Made by a program: the position numbers and the translations under genes. This document shows positions 9,992 through 19,101 of a DNA stretch of 64,000 nt, piece after piece; positions within the stretch are counted from its first letter, which is position 1; each line of letters starts with the position of its first letter. Source of the stretch: Ureibacillus sp. (GTDB lineage: Bacteria > Bacillota > Bacilli > Bacillales_A > Planococcaceae); NCBI GenBank assembly GCA_035556295.1, contig DATMFE010000363.1:25131-89130 (forward strand). The letters are read 5' to 3'. The notes beneath the pieces are model-generated. The model had not been told where the DNA came from. It searched no databases and saw only the letters and a program-made list of their open reading frames with translations.

Positions 9992-10249
9992 AAAAATAAC
10001 CTCCCTTATTATCGTATTTTTTCTAATATTATTATCTTTATACAAATTCGGGAGAGAAAAAGAAAACTGGTGGCTACTTTAGTTATGAAGTCTAAGTCTA
10101 AAATAATTATTAGAAACTGTAAGATGAAAAATCGTTCCTTCTATTGAAGTTTAAAATTTCAAATAATTAAAATTCACTTCTCCTAATGAATCGTTTAAAC
10201 TAATTAGTAACAAATAAAATAGGATATACAAAAGTAGGATGGTGAACCT

Positions 10250-10429
10250 TTGAAGTATAAGAGAATTACAGGGATCTTAGCACTATTAGTAGGAATCATC
10301 TTTTTTGGATTTAATTATGAACCACTTGGCACTGCAGGTAATGTTATGATTCATATTATCGGGATGTTGTTTATTATTAAAGGGTTTAATATTTTATTCC
10401 ATAAAGAGAGTAAAGCAAGTGCTAAATAA
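10250..10429 (+). CDS. 59-aa two-TM small membrane protein (not in ORF track)
   Basis: TTG-start ORF MKYKRITGILALLVGIIFFGFNYEPLGTAGNVMIHIIGMLFIIKGFNILFHKESKASAK; GGATGGTG RBS-like sequence; stops just before a bidirectional terminator. Confidence 0.65.
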   Translation: MKYKRITGILALLVGIIFFGFNYEPLGTAGNVMIHIIGMLFIIKGFNILFHKESKASAK

Positions 10430-10433
10430 ATTG

Positions 10434-10476
10434 AAAGAGCGAATGATTCTTTTCAGACAGAATCATTCGCTCTTTT
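10434..10476. terminator. Bidirectional intrinsic terminator (small ORF / metA)
   Basis: AAAGAGCGAATGATTCT-loop-AGAATCATTCGCTCTTT perfect stem. Confidence 0.8.
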
Positions 10477-10477
10477 G

Positions 10478-11434
10478 TTAAATATGGTATTCGATTTGGT
10501 CTTCTGAATTTTCTTGTTCGTCAACAAAATGCCAATCGTAAGGAGTTTCTTGATAAACATAGTAGTTTAACCAGTTATAGAATAAGAGATGAGAGTGAGC
10601 TCTCCATGTATTTTTCGGTTCTTTTGTTGGATCATTATTTGGAAAATAGTTAACTGGAATATCGATTGGCTCCCCTTTTGCAACGTCTCGATGATATTCA
10701 TCTGCTAATGTAGTAGCATCATATTCTAAATGACCTGTAATCATAATATGCTTTGTATCGTTTGATTGAATGATGAATGCTCCTGCATCTTCGGAATAGC
10801 TTAGAAGTCTTAACTCAGGATGGTTACGAATCTCTTCTAGTGAAACATCGGTATGTCTAGAGTGAGGAGCAAGAAACTCATCACTAAAACCGCGCACCAA
10901 GTCGACAGTTAAATCAGTGATCACATGCCCATAAATACCAGAACATTTTTTAGGTAATTCAAATTTCCCAATCCCAAAATGATGATATAACGCAGCCTGA
11001 GCTCCCCAACAAATATACATACATGAGGTGACATTTACCTTTGCCCAGTTCATAACTCGTGTAATTTCATCCCAATAGTTTACATCTTCAAATTCCATTC
11101 GCTCAACAGGAGCCCCAGTAATGATCATTCCGTCAAAACGGCGATTTTTGATTTCATCAAAAGTTTTATAGAATAATTCCAAATGTGATTTTGATACGTT
11201 TTTAGATGTATATGTAGCAGTATTTAGGAATGTGACATTAGTTTGTAATGGAGTATTTCCTAGCAAACGTAGTAACTGTAATTCTGTTTTCTCTTTTTCA
11301 GGCATTAGATTGAAAACCAAAATGTTTAAAGGACGTATTTCTTGTGTTCTAGCTCGATCTTCTTCCATTACGAAGATCTTCTCTGCCCTTAATACCTCGC
11401 CAGCAGGTAAATTTTTCGGAATATTAATCGGCAA
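10478..11434 (-). CDS. metA: Homoserine O-acyltransferase MetA, acetyl-CoA-type
   Basis: NLMP, ITGAPVE (Glu at the specificity position indicates acetyltransferase), [14 protein letters not shown]; SAM-I leader. Confidence 0.95.
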   Translation of the reverse strand: MPINIPKNLPAGEVLRAEKIFVMEEDRARTQEIRPLNILVFNLMPEKEKTELQLLRLLGNTPLQTNVTFLNTATYTSKNVSKSHLELFYKTFDEIKNRRFDGMIITGAPVERMEFEDVNYWDEITRVMNWAKVNVTSCMYICWGAQAALYHHFGIGKFELPKKCSGIYGHVITDLTVDLVRGFSDEFLAPHSRHTDVSLEEIRNHPELRLLSYSEDAGAFIIQSNDTKHIMITGHLEYDATTLADEYHRDVAKGEPIDIPVNYFPNNDPTKEPKNTWRAHSHLLFYNWLNYYVYQETPYDWHFVDEQENSEDQIEYHI

Positions 11435-11486
11435 TTGTATTCCCCCATTTTCTTAAATAATGCTAAATTTCATCGTTAGAATATAT

Positions 11487-11524
11487 AAAAAACCTCTCAT
11501 TCCAGTAAGAGAATGAGAGGTTTT
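11487..11524 (-). terminator. SAM riboswitch expression-platform terminator
   Basis: Minus strand AAAACCTCTCATTC-loop-GAATGAGAGGTTTTTT. Confidence 0.85.
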
Positions 11525-11543
11525 GTTACCATTTACGCGCTCT

Positions 11544-11647
11544 CTTATCTCTCAAGACAATTGTCTTGCTGGAGTTAGCACCTTTCTAACTGTGTTAGAG
11601 GTTGCTGAAGCTTCATAGGGCCATATCCCTCTGCTTCTCTTGATAAG
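11544..11647 (-). ncRNA. SAM-I (S-box) riboswitch
   Basis: Minus strand CTTATCAAGAGAAGCAGAGGGA..GGCCC..GAAGCTTCAGCAACC..AAGGTGCTAACTCCAGCAAG..CTTGAGAGATAAG upstream of metA. Confidence 0.95.
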
Positions 11648-11704
11648 ATTATATGAAATTAAACTAATATTAACATGAAAGTTAAATGTTTGCAATATTC
11701 TATC

Positions 11705-12472
11705 TTATTTTTGATTTAATAATTTTTCTTTCCAAGTAGAACCTTCTTTTTCGGTAATTTCATTCTCTAAATCGTGATCCCATTTGTTTAAAAGTGTATT
11801 CCAAACACGGTTTGATATTGAATCTGTCTTCTCATCAAAAAGAATGATTTCAATACATGGAATATCGTTAATCTGTTGAAACTCAATCTCATCAATAGAT
11901 GTGATATGAATAGTATCTGGATGATCATTTTCTTCATCATCCATATTAAAGGTTTGTATTTCTTTAAGTAATACTTGTTCTGAAATAGTGGGCTTTTCCC
12001 CTTGAGTATTGTAACGATAAATTGTCTCTGGAAAATCCTCATATTCAAGTACTTCTTCCAAATCACCTGCTAAAAAGAATTCATGATTAGGGCTATATAG
12101 AAGTTCAACAGAAGTAGCTTCTTGGTCTTCTTCATAAATACCACTCGCTAACTGTGTTTTCCCTTTTTCAGTTATCTGGTAACCTTGCTCATTTCGTTCA
12201 ATTAAATTCATTTTTTCCATCTTTGTAAGCAAATCTTGAATGAAAAGCTCTTCAACTAATAAAACGTCACTTATAGTGCTGGCATTCAAAAAAGGAGCTT
12301 TTTGAGTTGTAATTAAGAGCATTTTCATTAAAATGTCCATTTGTCTACTCAGTACTGGCTTGTATGATACTTGAATGGTATGTACAGGTAGACACCAAAA
12401 ACTTGACTGGAGTACTTTTTGATTTTGTTGTAATTGTGATGTGAGTTTATCCAGTAATGTTGTTAGTTTCAT
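11705..12472 (-). CDS. Uncharacterised helicase-partner protein with predicted winged-helix region and acidic C-terminal half
   Basis: 18 bp downstream of the helicase with own RBS (CAGGAG); helix-helix-wing pattern (IQDLLTKMEKMNLIERNEQGYQITEKGK). Confidence 0.75.
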   Translation of the reverse strand: MKLTTLLDKLTSQLQQNQKVLQSSFWCLPVHTIQVSYKPVLSRQMDILMKMLLITTQKAPFLNASTISDVLLVEELFIQDLLTKMEKMNLIERNEQGYQITEKGKTQLASGIYEEDQEATSVELLYSPNHEFFLAGDLEEVLEYEDFPETIYRYNTQGEKPTISEQVLLKEIQTFNMDDEENDHPDTIHITSIDEIEFQQINDIPCIEIILFDEKTDSISNRVWNTLLNKWDHDLENEITEKEGSTWKEKLLNQK

Positions 12473-12490
12473 AGTAACTCCTGAAAGTAA

Positions 12491-15400
12491 TTAATTATTA
12501 ACATAGTAACGGTACCCATTTTGACTCTTAACCGTTTCTAATAGGTTATGATACATCTCTTGTGTTTCTTTCTTTTTAGGGCGTTTTGTAAACATTTCAG
12601 TACTTCCTATTAATACAAGAAGTTCCCTTGCACGAGACAACGCAACATTTAATCGTCTGTAATCTTTAGCAAAACCAATATCTCCATGTTTATTATCATT
12701 ATTACGAACCATACTTACTAAAATAACATCCATTTCCATCCCTTGGAACTTATCGACAGATCCTGTCCGAATGTGTAAATGTTCTAAGTTCAATTCATCA
12801 ATTAAACGATTAATCCGTTTAACTTGTTCTGCATAGAAGCTGATTACGCCAACAGATTTAAGAGCATTGGGTTCGAATGTACCAACAGATTTTGCCTTTT
12901 CAGTCGCTTCGTTCAAATCAATAAGTAATTTACGAATGTTTTTCAATTCAGCTTCATTGAATAAACTCGACCCTTCCTTCATTTTTTGCTCAAAATATGT
13001 AGGCTCATTCGGCACATCAAACCATAATAAATGATCGTTACGTGAAATCAACTTACTTTCTAACTTGTGATCTCTCACTGCATCAGAGTCAGCTAAACCA
13101 CACTTCAATGAATCTTGTTCATTTAAATAGAATGGTGAAATAGTTCTCATAATGTTTTCATGCATACGATATTGAATGGCAAGCATTTGTTTATTCGAAC
13201 GGGGTATGTTTTTGTACAATCGTTCAAATAACGACTCCTCAAGAAGTTTTTCCAATTCTCTCTTCTCTTCAAAGGAATTGCTATCTTTTATAACTTCCTC
13301 TAGTGTTTCATCAAATGTTTCGTCACCGACTAAAGGTGGCAGTTGATGATGGTCCCCAACTAAAACTATTTTTTTCCCTTTTAACATCGGTAGTAAAAGC
13401 TCAGGTGGTGTTGCCTTTGATACTTCATCAATGATGACAACATCAAATACAGGATAGTTGTCCATAAATTCTTTATTTGCAGAGGCAACACACGTCGTAC
13501 CAATAACATTGGCATGTTTTACATAAAGTTTTCGAATTTCTTCTAAATCGTGCTCTGATGATTGTTCAAGCAGTGATTTCCATTCATTTTGCAACGATTG
13601 CGTAATAGGTAGCATCTCAATTTTCTTTTTCAGATGATCAATTCGAACCTGCAATTCTTCTATTTTTTTTGCTGTTTTTTCTAGTTCAGCTTCAGGATTT
13701 TGCTTTGTGATTTGTTCAATTTCTGCGTATTTCTTTTCAAGCTGAATACCCGATGCATTTAATTGTTTTATTTCACTAATCATTCCATCAAGAACGTTTT
13801 GTCCGTTCGTCAATTCGGCTAATACCTGATCCTCTTCACCCTTCTTAGCAGCTAGTTTCGATTGAATTTCAGTGGCTTTTTCAATATCCTTTTGCCGTTT
13901 TTCAATTTCTAAATTGACCTCATTTAGACTAGATTGTAGTTCATTTATAGATAAATTCGATTCTTCTTTAACGGTAAGGGCATCCATTTCCCTTTTTGTT
14001 TGTTGAATGGAGTCAGTGAGTTGAGCTTCTTTACTTTTTAGCGATTGGATAATGGAATGATTGTTGCCTGCCTGATTTGTGACTTGATCAATCACTTCTT
14101 CTTTTATTTTTGAAAAGACAAACTTCGATTCTTCAACTAAAGCGTTATATTTTTCTGTTAATTGATTTAAATAAAGTCTCCGTAAATATAATCCCTGTAC
14201 AGAGCGTGTTCCATTTTCTTTCGTAACCTTCTTTTGAGCAAAGGCAAGACTAAGTTTTGATAGGAACTCATTAACTTCGGCCAGAGAATACTGATGATTT
14301 AAAGGGAGTTGTTCGATCTCAATGGCAATGCCTAAAGTTTGTGTTGAATACTCAATTGCTTTATTAAGCCGAGTAATAATGTCTTTTAACGATTGATAAT
14401 TTAATAATTGTTGGTGAATTTTTTCAATATCTATAAACAATTGATTTAAGACAAATCCTCTTCGTATTCCGTGGTTTTCAATGAATTGCTCGATATCATA
14501 AACTTTCTTAATCGCTTGTACTTCTTCAATTGTGTTAGTTAAGTTTGATGTCGAATCTTTATATTGCTCTAATTGCTTCCTTATATCTGCCAACTGCGAT
14601 TCATATTGGTGATGTAGATTTGTAAGTTTGGTATATTGGATTGTTTGATGAATTTGGTTCGTTCTTTCTTGTAGATTATGAATAGTTGTTTCATTTTCAT
14701 CGACAGAGCCAATTTGTTTTAGTTGTTCATTGAATTCATCTAGCTTTACAGTAATCTTTTGCTTCGATTCGTTTAGTTTTTCAAGAGCAAGCTCTGTTTT
14801 TTCCCGCTCTTTTTTCAGGGGGATTAATTTCTTTTTTAACTCAGAAATTTCTTCAGTAATTTTTGACAGTTCTTTTTCAGAAGCATGTTTTGCTTCAACA
14901 GCTTTTTGGAGTTCAATTTCTTTGTCTTTTAATTTCTCAATTTGTTGAAGGGTGTTTTTTATTTCTTCCTCTAAGTCCTGTTTTTTACTTTGGTGATGAT
15001 TGATTTCATTTGAAACAGCAGTTAATGTTTGGTCTTTCCAATAATCTGCTACATTTTCTTCAATGAATTTTTTACCTTCTTCTTCAATACTTTCAGTTCG
15101 ACCATATCGTAAAATCCTAATATCTTTATTGGAAAGAAGGCGCCCCAAGGCATTATCAACGGCCAGGTTAGATTGAGATGCAATCAAAGTCTTTAACCCA
15201 GCTTTTGAATTTTGATAGCAAATTTCAGAGATAACGGTTGTTTTCCCTGTACCAGGTGGACCTTGAATGACATAAAGATCTTCAGCACTAATTGCACCGA
15301 TGACCGCCTCGCGTTGATATTCGTTTAGATTATTGTGAAACTCAATATCGACGTCACTTTTTCTTTCCAAAATAGTAGGTTTATCTTCAAAGAGTATATT

Positions 15401-16261
15401 TTCGAGATTCGCGTTAGCAGCTAATCCATCTTTTAAACGTTCAAACCCCTTTAGTAAACGATTTAGCTGAGATTTAGTTGAAGCATTACTGAAGGTAATC
15501 ATTTCTGAGGTAAAATCGAAATCATTGTTCTTTGCTAATTTTGCTACAAAAGGACTTAGTTGAATATCAACTTGCCGATATCCTCTGTTCACTTTTGTTA
15601 CTTCACCAATTTCTTTTTTAAATCCTCGAACATAGGCGCTAAGACCTTTTAATTGTTTCCATTGTTTCTCATCAATTCCATTGCAACGCATGGTGACAAC
15701 GGAATAGTCTGATTGAAACTGAACGGAATCAAATGTTGCTTCGATATCTTCAATATCAGCATTTTTATTTAAGACTTTTAAGTACCCTTCCCAGCTAGTT
15801 ATTCGTTTATTAACATAATCGAATCGTTCTTGCGCGATAGGTAATTCGGCTAATAACTGAATAAATTCTTTCGGATATGTATGTCCACTTATACGAGATG
15901 GAGCAAAATGGATTCGGATTGGTTTTCTTCGATTCGTTACAACAGGTGTATTGCCACCTCTCGTTCGGAAGCTTTTCGCAACTAGTCCGTTTTTAAGATC
16001 GAAAGCACAATCCATAATGACTACTCGCCCACCAAACTTTTTCGATAGTATATTGTTTCGTTTATTATCAAAAAATATCGATAAGGAAATGGATGAGGAA
16101 TCAACTGTTTGTTTTTCAATATATACAAGAAATGATTGCTGCAATTTGAAAAAGGCATGTTCATCTTGGAAATGTTCTTTTATTGCTTCACGTGCAGTAT
16201 TTGTTAAAACGATAAAACATTTAACTGTATCCACTTCAAGTAATTTCTGTACCATGAACAT
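12491..16261 (-). CDS. SF1 helicase/ATPase of Upf1/DNA2/NAM7 type (AAA_11/AAA_12) with very long coiled-coil insertion
   Basis: LNEYQ, QGPPGTGKTT, SQSNLAVDN, IIDEVSK, VGDHHQLPP, SLFERL, QYRMH, SVDKFQGME, RRLNVALSRAR; K/E/Q heptad-rich ~500-aa insert; AAGGAGG RBS. Confidence 0.9.
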   Translation of the reverse strand: MFMVQKLLEVDTVKCFIVLTNTAREAIKEHFQDEHAFFKLQQSFLVYIEKQTVDSSSISLSIFFDNKRNNILSKKFGGRVVIMDCAFDLKNGLVAKSFRTRGGNTPVVTNRRKPIRIHFAPSRISGHTYPKEFIQLLAELPIAQERFDYVNKRITSWEGYLKVLNKNADIEDIEATFDSVQFQSDYSVVTMRCNGIDEKQWKQLKGLSAYVRGFKKEIGEVTKVNRGYRQVDIQLSPFVAKLAKNNDFDFTSEMITFSNASTKSQLNRLLKGFERLKDGLAANANLENILFEDKPTILERKSDVDIEFHNNLNEYQREAVIGAISAEDLYVIQGPPGTGKTTVISEICYQNSKAGLKTLIASQSNLAVDNALGRLLSNKDIRILRYGRTESIEEEGKKFIEENVADYWKDQTLTAVSNEINHHQSKKQDLEEEIKNTLQQIEKLKDKEIELQKAVEAKHASEKELSKITEEISELKKKLIPLKKEREKTELALEKLNESKQKITVKLDEFNEQLKQIGSVDENETTIHNLQERTNQIHQTIQYTKLTNLHHQYESQLADIRKQLEQYKDSTSNLTNTIEEVQAIKKVYDIEQFIENHGIRRGFVLNQLFIDIEKIHQQLLNYQSLKDIITRLNKAIEYSTQTLGIAIEIEQLPLNHQYSLAEVNEFLSKLSLAFAQKKVTKENGTRSVQGLYLRRLYLNQLTEKYNALVEESKFVFSKIKEEVIDQVTNQAGNNHSIIQSLKSKEAQLTDSIQQTKREMDALTVKEESNLSINELQSSLNEVNLEIEKRQKDIEKATEIQSKLAAKKGEEDQVLAELTNGQNVLDGMISEIKQLNASGIQLEKKYAEIEQITKQNPEAELEKTAKKIEELQVRIDHLKKKIEMLPITQSLQNEWKSLLEQSSEHDLEEIRKLYVKHANVIGTTCVASANKEFMDNYPVFDVVIIDEVSKATPPELLLPMLKGKKIVLVGDHHQLPPLVGDETFDETLEEVIKDSNSFEEKRELEKLLEESLFERLYKNIPRSNKQMLAIQYRMHENIMRTISPFYLNEQDSLKCGLADSDAVRDHKLESKLISRNDHLLWFDVPNEPTYFEQKMKEGSSLFNEAELKNIRKLLIDLNEATEKAKSVGTFEPNALKSVGVISFYAEQVKRINRLIDELNLEHLHIRTGSVDKFQGMEMDVILVSMVRNNDNKHGDIGFAKDYRRLNVALSRARELLVLIGSTEMFTKRPKKKETQEMYHNLLETVKSQNGYRYYVNN

Positions 16262-16363
16262 ACCTCCTTTTCCTTTTTCCTAACCGTCATTATATCAAGA
16301 TTGACTTATTGTTTGAAGTTTAGAATGTAAAAGAAAATGACTAGCGACTTTGCGCTAGCCAGA

Positions 16364-16786
16364 TTACTTATTTTGTGCAATTTCTGTATATTTTGCATCC
16401 CACTCTGGATCAACTTTACTTAGTGGATATGGTCTAAAATTGTCTTTTTTTACTAATGTATGTAAAGAAGTTGCAGTAGCAGCGACAGAACCATCTTCAT
16501 GAAGTATTTCGTAACCATATGTCGTTTTTAGTTTTGAATGGGATTCAACCCATGTGCGTATCGTCGCAATCTGACCATAACGCATTGCTTTTTTGTATTG
16601 TATAGATAAGTCAAGTACTGGTGAAAGATACCCTTGCTCTTCTAAACCAGCATAGTTAAACCCTAAATCAGATACAAGTTGTGTTCGTCCAATTTCCATC
16701 CAAATAAGATAATTGGCATGATAAACGACACCCATCTGATCAGTTTCAGCATATCGAATTTCTATCTTTTTTTCACTTACAAACAT
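16364..16786 (-). CDS. yneP: Acyl-CoA thioesterase, 4HBT/YbgC family
   Basis: IRYAETDQMGVVYHANYLIWMEIGR; near citB as in B. subtilis; GAGGTG RBS before ATG 16786. Confidence 0.85.
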   Translation of the reverse strand: MFVSEKKIEIRYAETDQMGVVYHANYLIWMEIGRTQLVSDLGFNYAGLEEQGYLSPVLDLSIQYKKAMRYGQIATIRTWVESHSKLKTTYGYEILHEDGSVAATATSLHTLVKKDNFRPYPLSKVDPEWDAKYTEIAQNK

Positions 16787-16954
16787 CTCTTTCACCTCTT
16801 CATTCATTATACATGAAAGAAAAAAAGCTGCAAAATGATAGTTTGTTGTAAATAATCAGTATTAGAAGGAAATTACTTCATATTATAATGTCTATCATAT
16901 ATAATGATGGATGGCCATCGATGGCAGATAGAACAAATAAAGTAAAAATAGGAA

Positions 16955-17335
16955 GTGAATAATTTGATTAAAATAGAGCTACCAAAACCAGATGTAGTCA
17001 TTTATCAACGAAAACAAGAGTTAAAAGAAGGTGAAGTACCCATCACACCGATTAATGGATTTATTGACATCCATAAAATCACTCGTGAAAAAGGCGGATT
17101 CTTCTTATTCTATAATAAGGAAAATGAAGTATTATTTGTTGGAAAAGCGCGAAAACTTCGCCAAAGAATTAAAAAACATTTAGAAGATAATGTATCTCCA
17201 ATCAAAAACCATCGTGATGAAGTATACAAAATTGAAGTTTATGAAGTAGAAGATCAAATGGAACGTGAGATTTATGAGACATATGCCATTAACTTCCTAC
17301 GCGCAAAATATAATACTGAAAAAGTATTTTATTAA
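16955..17335 (+). CDS. Stand-alone GIY-YIG nuclease-family protein (UvrC N-terminal-like)
   Basis: GFFLFY..VLFVGKA..LRQRIKKH..EIYETYAI..KYN. Confidence 0.8.
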   Translation: MNNLIKIELPKPDVVIYQRKQELKEGEVPITPINGFIDIHKITREKGGFFLFYNKENEVLFVGKARKLRQRIKKHLEDNVSPIKNHRDEVYKIEVYEVEDQMEREIYETYAINFLRAKYNTEKVFY

Positions 17336-17378
17336 ATAAATAAGCCGTCCCCAATTTGGAGACGGCTTTTATAGCAAT

Positions 17379-17960
17379 TTAATCGAAACCAATTAAATTT
17401 CGGATTTTCTTAATATCGTCATCGATCAAGCTTTTATTTTTCATAATCCCGTTGAACCAAGGGTCAATTTGCTGTGTTGCCTGTACATTTGGCTGATCGT
17501 TGTGATGTAACACGTAAACAATATAATCGATTAGCTCTGTACGCTCTTCATAAAATTCTAAACGCTGTTTATAATCTTCTCCCACGTCGATTTGAAAAAT
17601 CTCACCTAAACGTACAATACCTGCATTTACATGTTGGTCTGCATATAATGAAGATCCTACAATTGCTAATTTTTGATTATAGGATAATGGCATTTGTTTA
17701 AAGTATGACGACATGAGCTCTTCTGTTTTTTGAAGAATGAATTTCAGCTCTATTTTTTGTGCCATAGTGAGCGAACCAGTTTGTTCATAAACCGGGATAA
17801 TTGTGTATGCTTCATCCATTAAAGCTTTAATTTGATCAAATCGCTCTTGATTATATGGCTCATTTAGTCTTCGGTAAATAGTTTCTGCTACAAATAAACG
17901 TTGTAAATATCCCGTTAATATTATCATGCCGTGATACTGTGCAGTTACATTGTTGATCAT
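17379..17960 (-). CDS. Hypothetical protein (predicted helical)
   Basis: 193-aa ORF with GGAGAGG RBS; converges on a shared terminator at ~17342-17370. Confidence 0.7.
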   Translation of the reverse strand: MINNVTAQYHGMIILTGYLQRLFVAETIYRRLNEPYNQERFDQIKALMDEAYTIIPVYEQTGSLTMAQKIELKFILQKTEELMSSYFKQMPLSYNQKLAIVGSSLYADQHVNAGIVRLGEIFQIDVGEDYKQRLEFYEERTELIDYIVYVLHHNDQPNVQATQQIDPWFNGIMKNKSLIDDDIKKIRNLIGFD

Positions 17961-18105
17961 ATAAAATGCCTACCTCTCCGTTTACTGGACGTTCATATTA
18001 CATGTTGTTACCTGACACTAACATAAATAATTGAAAAAAGGTATGAATATGTCTTTTCATCAACCTAGATAATGGCTTTTTTATTAAATACTTCGTCGAT
18101 TTTTT

Positions 18106-18131
18106 TGAAACTTTTCACTCATAATAACGTA
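18106..18131 (+). promoter_or_regulatory. ECF (SigW-type) promoter
   Basis: TGAAAC-N16-CGTA exact consensus upstream of the two-gene operon. Confidence 0.65.
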
Positions 18132-18252
18132 AATAAAGTATAAGAAAATGATGTACTTTGTAAATCTGTATCTATTTGCTGTTTCAAAGGCTCATTTTTG
18201 ATATACTTACAAATAGTACAAATATTGTGCTATTTAAGGATGGAGGATTAGA

Positions 18253-18714
18253 ATGAAGAAACTTTCAGTAATATTTTCAGCTACGTTCCTAGCCTTCACA
18301 TTAGTATTCTCTAGTGTTGGGTCTGTATTACTCTTTGCTGACGACGTACACTCTGCTGAAGCGAAATCTTACAAGTCTGGGAAAAAAGGATTTACGAATA
18401 CACCAGGAAGTAACAATTCAAATTTTCAAAACAAAAACAATAACACAAACACTTCTTCGGTAAACAAATCTACTACAAACCCTACGAATAAAGGTGGCTT
18501 CTCTTCAGGCGGACTAATGAGAGGTTTAATGGTCGGTGGATTAGCTGGCTTACTATTCGGTAGCTTATTCTCGGATATGGGCTTAATTGGTAATCTTTTA
18601 GGTTTTGCAATTAATGCAATTGCGATTGTTGTAATCCTTGCATTATGCGTAAAGATATTCCAGTTGATTACTCGTAGAAAAGATAAAGAGGTAACGGATC
18701 ATTGGAGAAAATAA
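18253..18714 (+). CDS. Membrane protein with low-complexity N/S/G linker (Tim44-associated N-terminal-like)
   Basis: Signal-like N-terminus, N/T/S-rich linker, GLMVGGLAGLLFG and C-terminal TM. Confidence 0.7.
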   Translation: MKKLSVIFSATFLAFTLVFSSVGSVLLFADDVHSAEAKSYKSGKKGFTNTPGSNNSNFQNKNNNTNTSSVNKSTTNPTNKGGFSSGGLMRGLMVGGLAGLLFGSLFSDMGLIGNLLGFAINAIAIVVILALCVKIFQLITRRKDKEVTDHWRK

Positions 18715-18995
18715 CTTTAAATGAACAAGATTTGGTAAATGCGATTTGTTTATTTCATGCAAAGTTTAGACAAGTTAGCCCTGCTGAAGTTGAAGTTGAA
18801 TTAATGTATGATGACGAAACTGGCTTCTCCGCTGAAGCTTCCGTACATGGTCAACAAGATATTTATTCAACAGCAAATTTCATCGCAGCCATTCGACTTT
18901 ATATTGATGAACAATTAAATCGGGATTCAATGTCAGCTCGAATCTTACTAAATCTTCATGATGATGAAGGTATCATTGCCAATATTGAATGGTAA
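18702..18995 (+). CDS. YxcD/DUF2653-like small acidic protein
   Basis: EQDLVNAIC..EVEVELMYDDETGFSAE; overlaps the upstream gene, GAGG RBS. Confidence 0.7.
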   Translation: MEKITLNEQDLVNAICLFHAKFRQVSPAEVEVELMYDDETGFSAEASVHGQQDIYSTANFIAAIRLYIDEQLNRDSMSARILLNLHDDEGIIANIEW

Positions 18996-19047
18996 AACGA
19001 GCGTGCAATCTATATTTTGATTGCACGTTTTTTGGATTTTAAAATAG

Positions 19048-19080
19048 AAAGAGGTTATGCAATATTTGCATAACCTCTTT
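19048..19080. terminator. Intrinsic terminator (long perfect stem) between convergent genes
   Basis: AAAGAGGTTATGCAA-TAT-TTGCATAACCTCTTT. Confidence 0.75.
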
Positions 19081-19101
19081 ATTTAATTTGTGTTTAATAG
19101 A

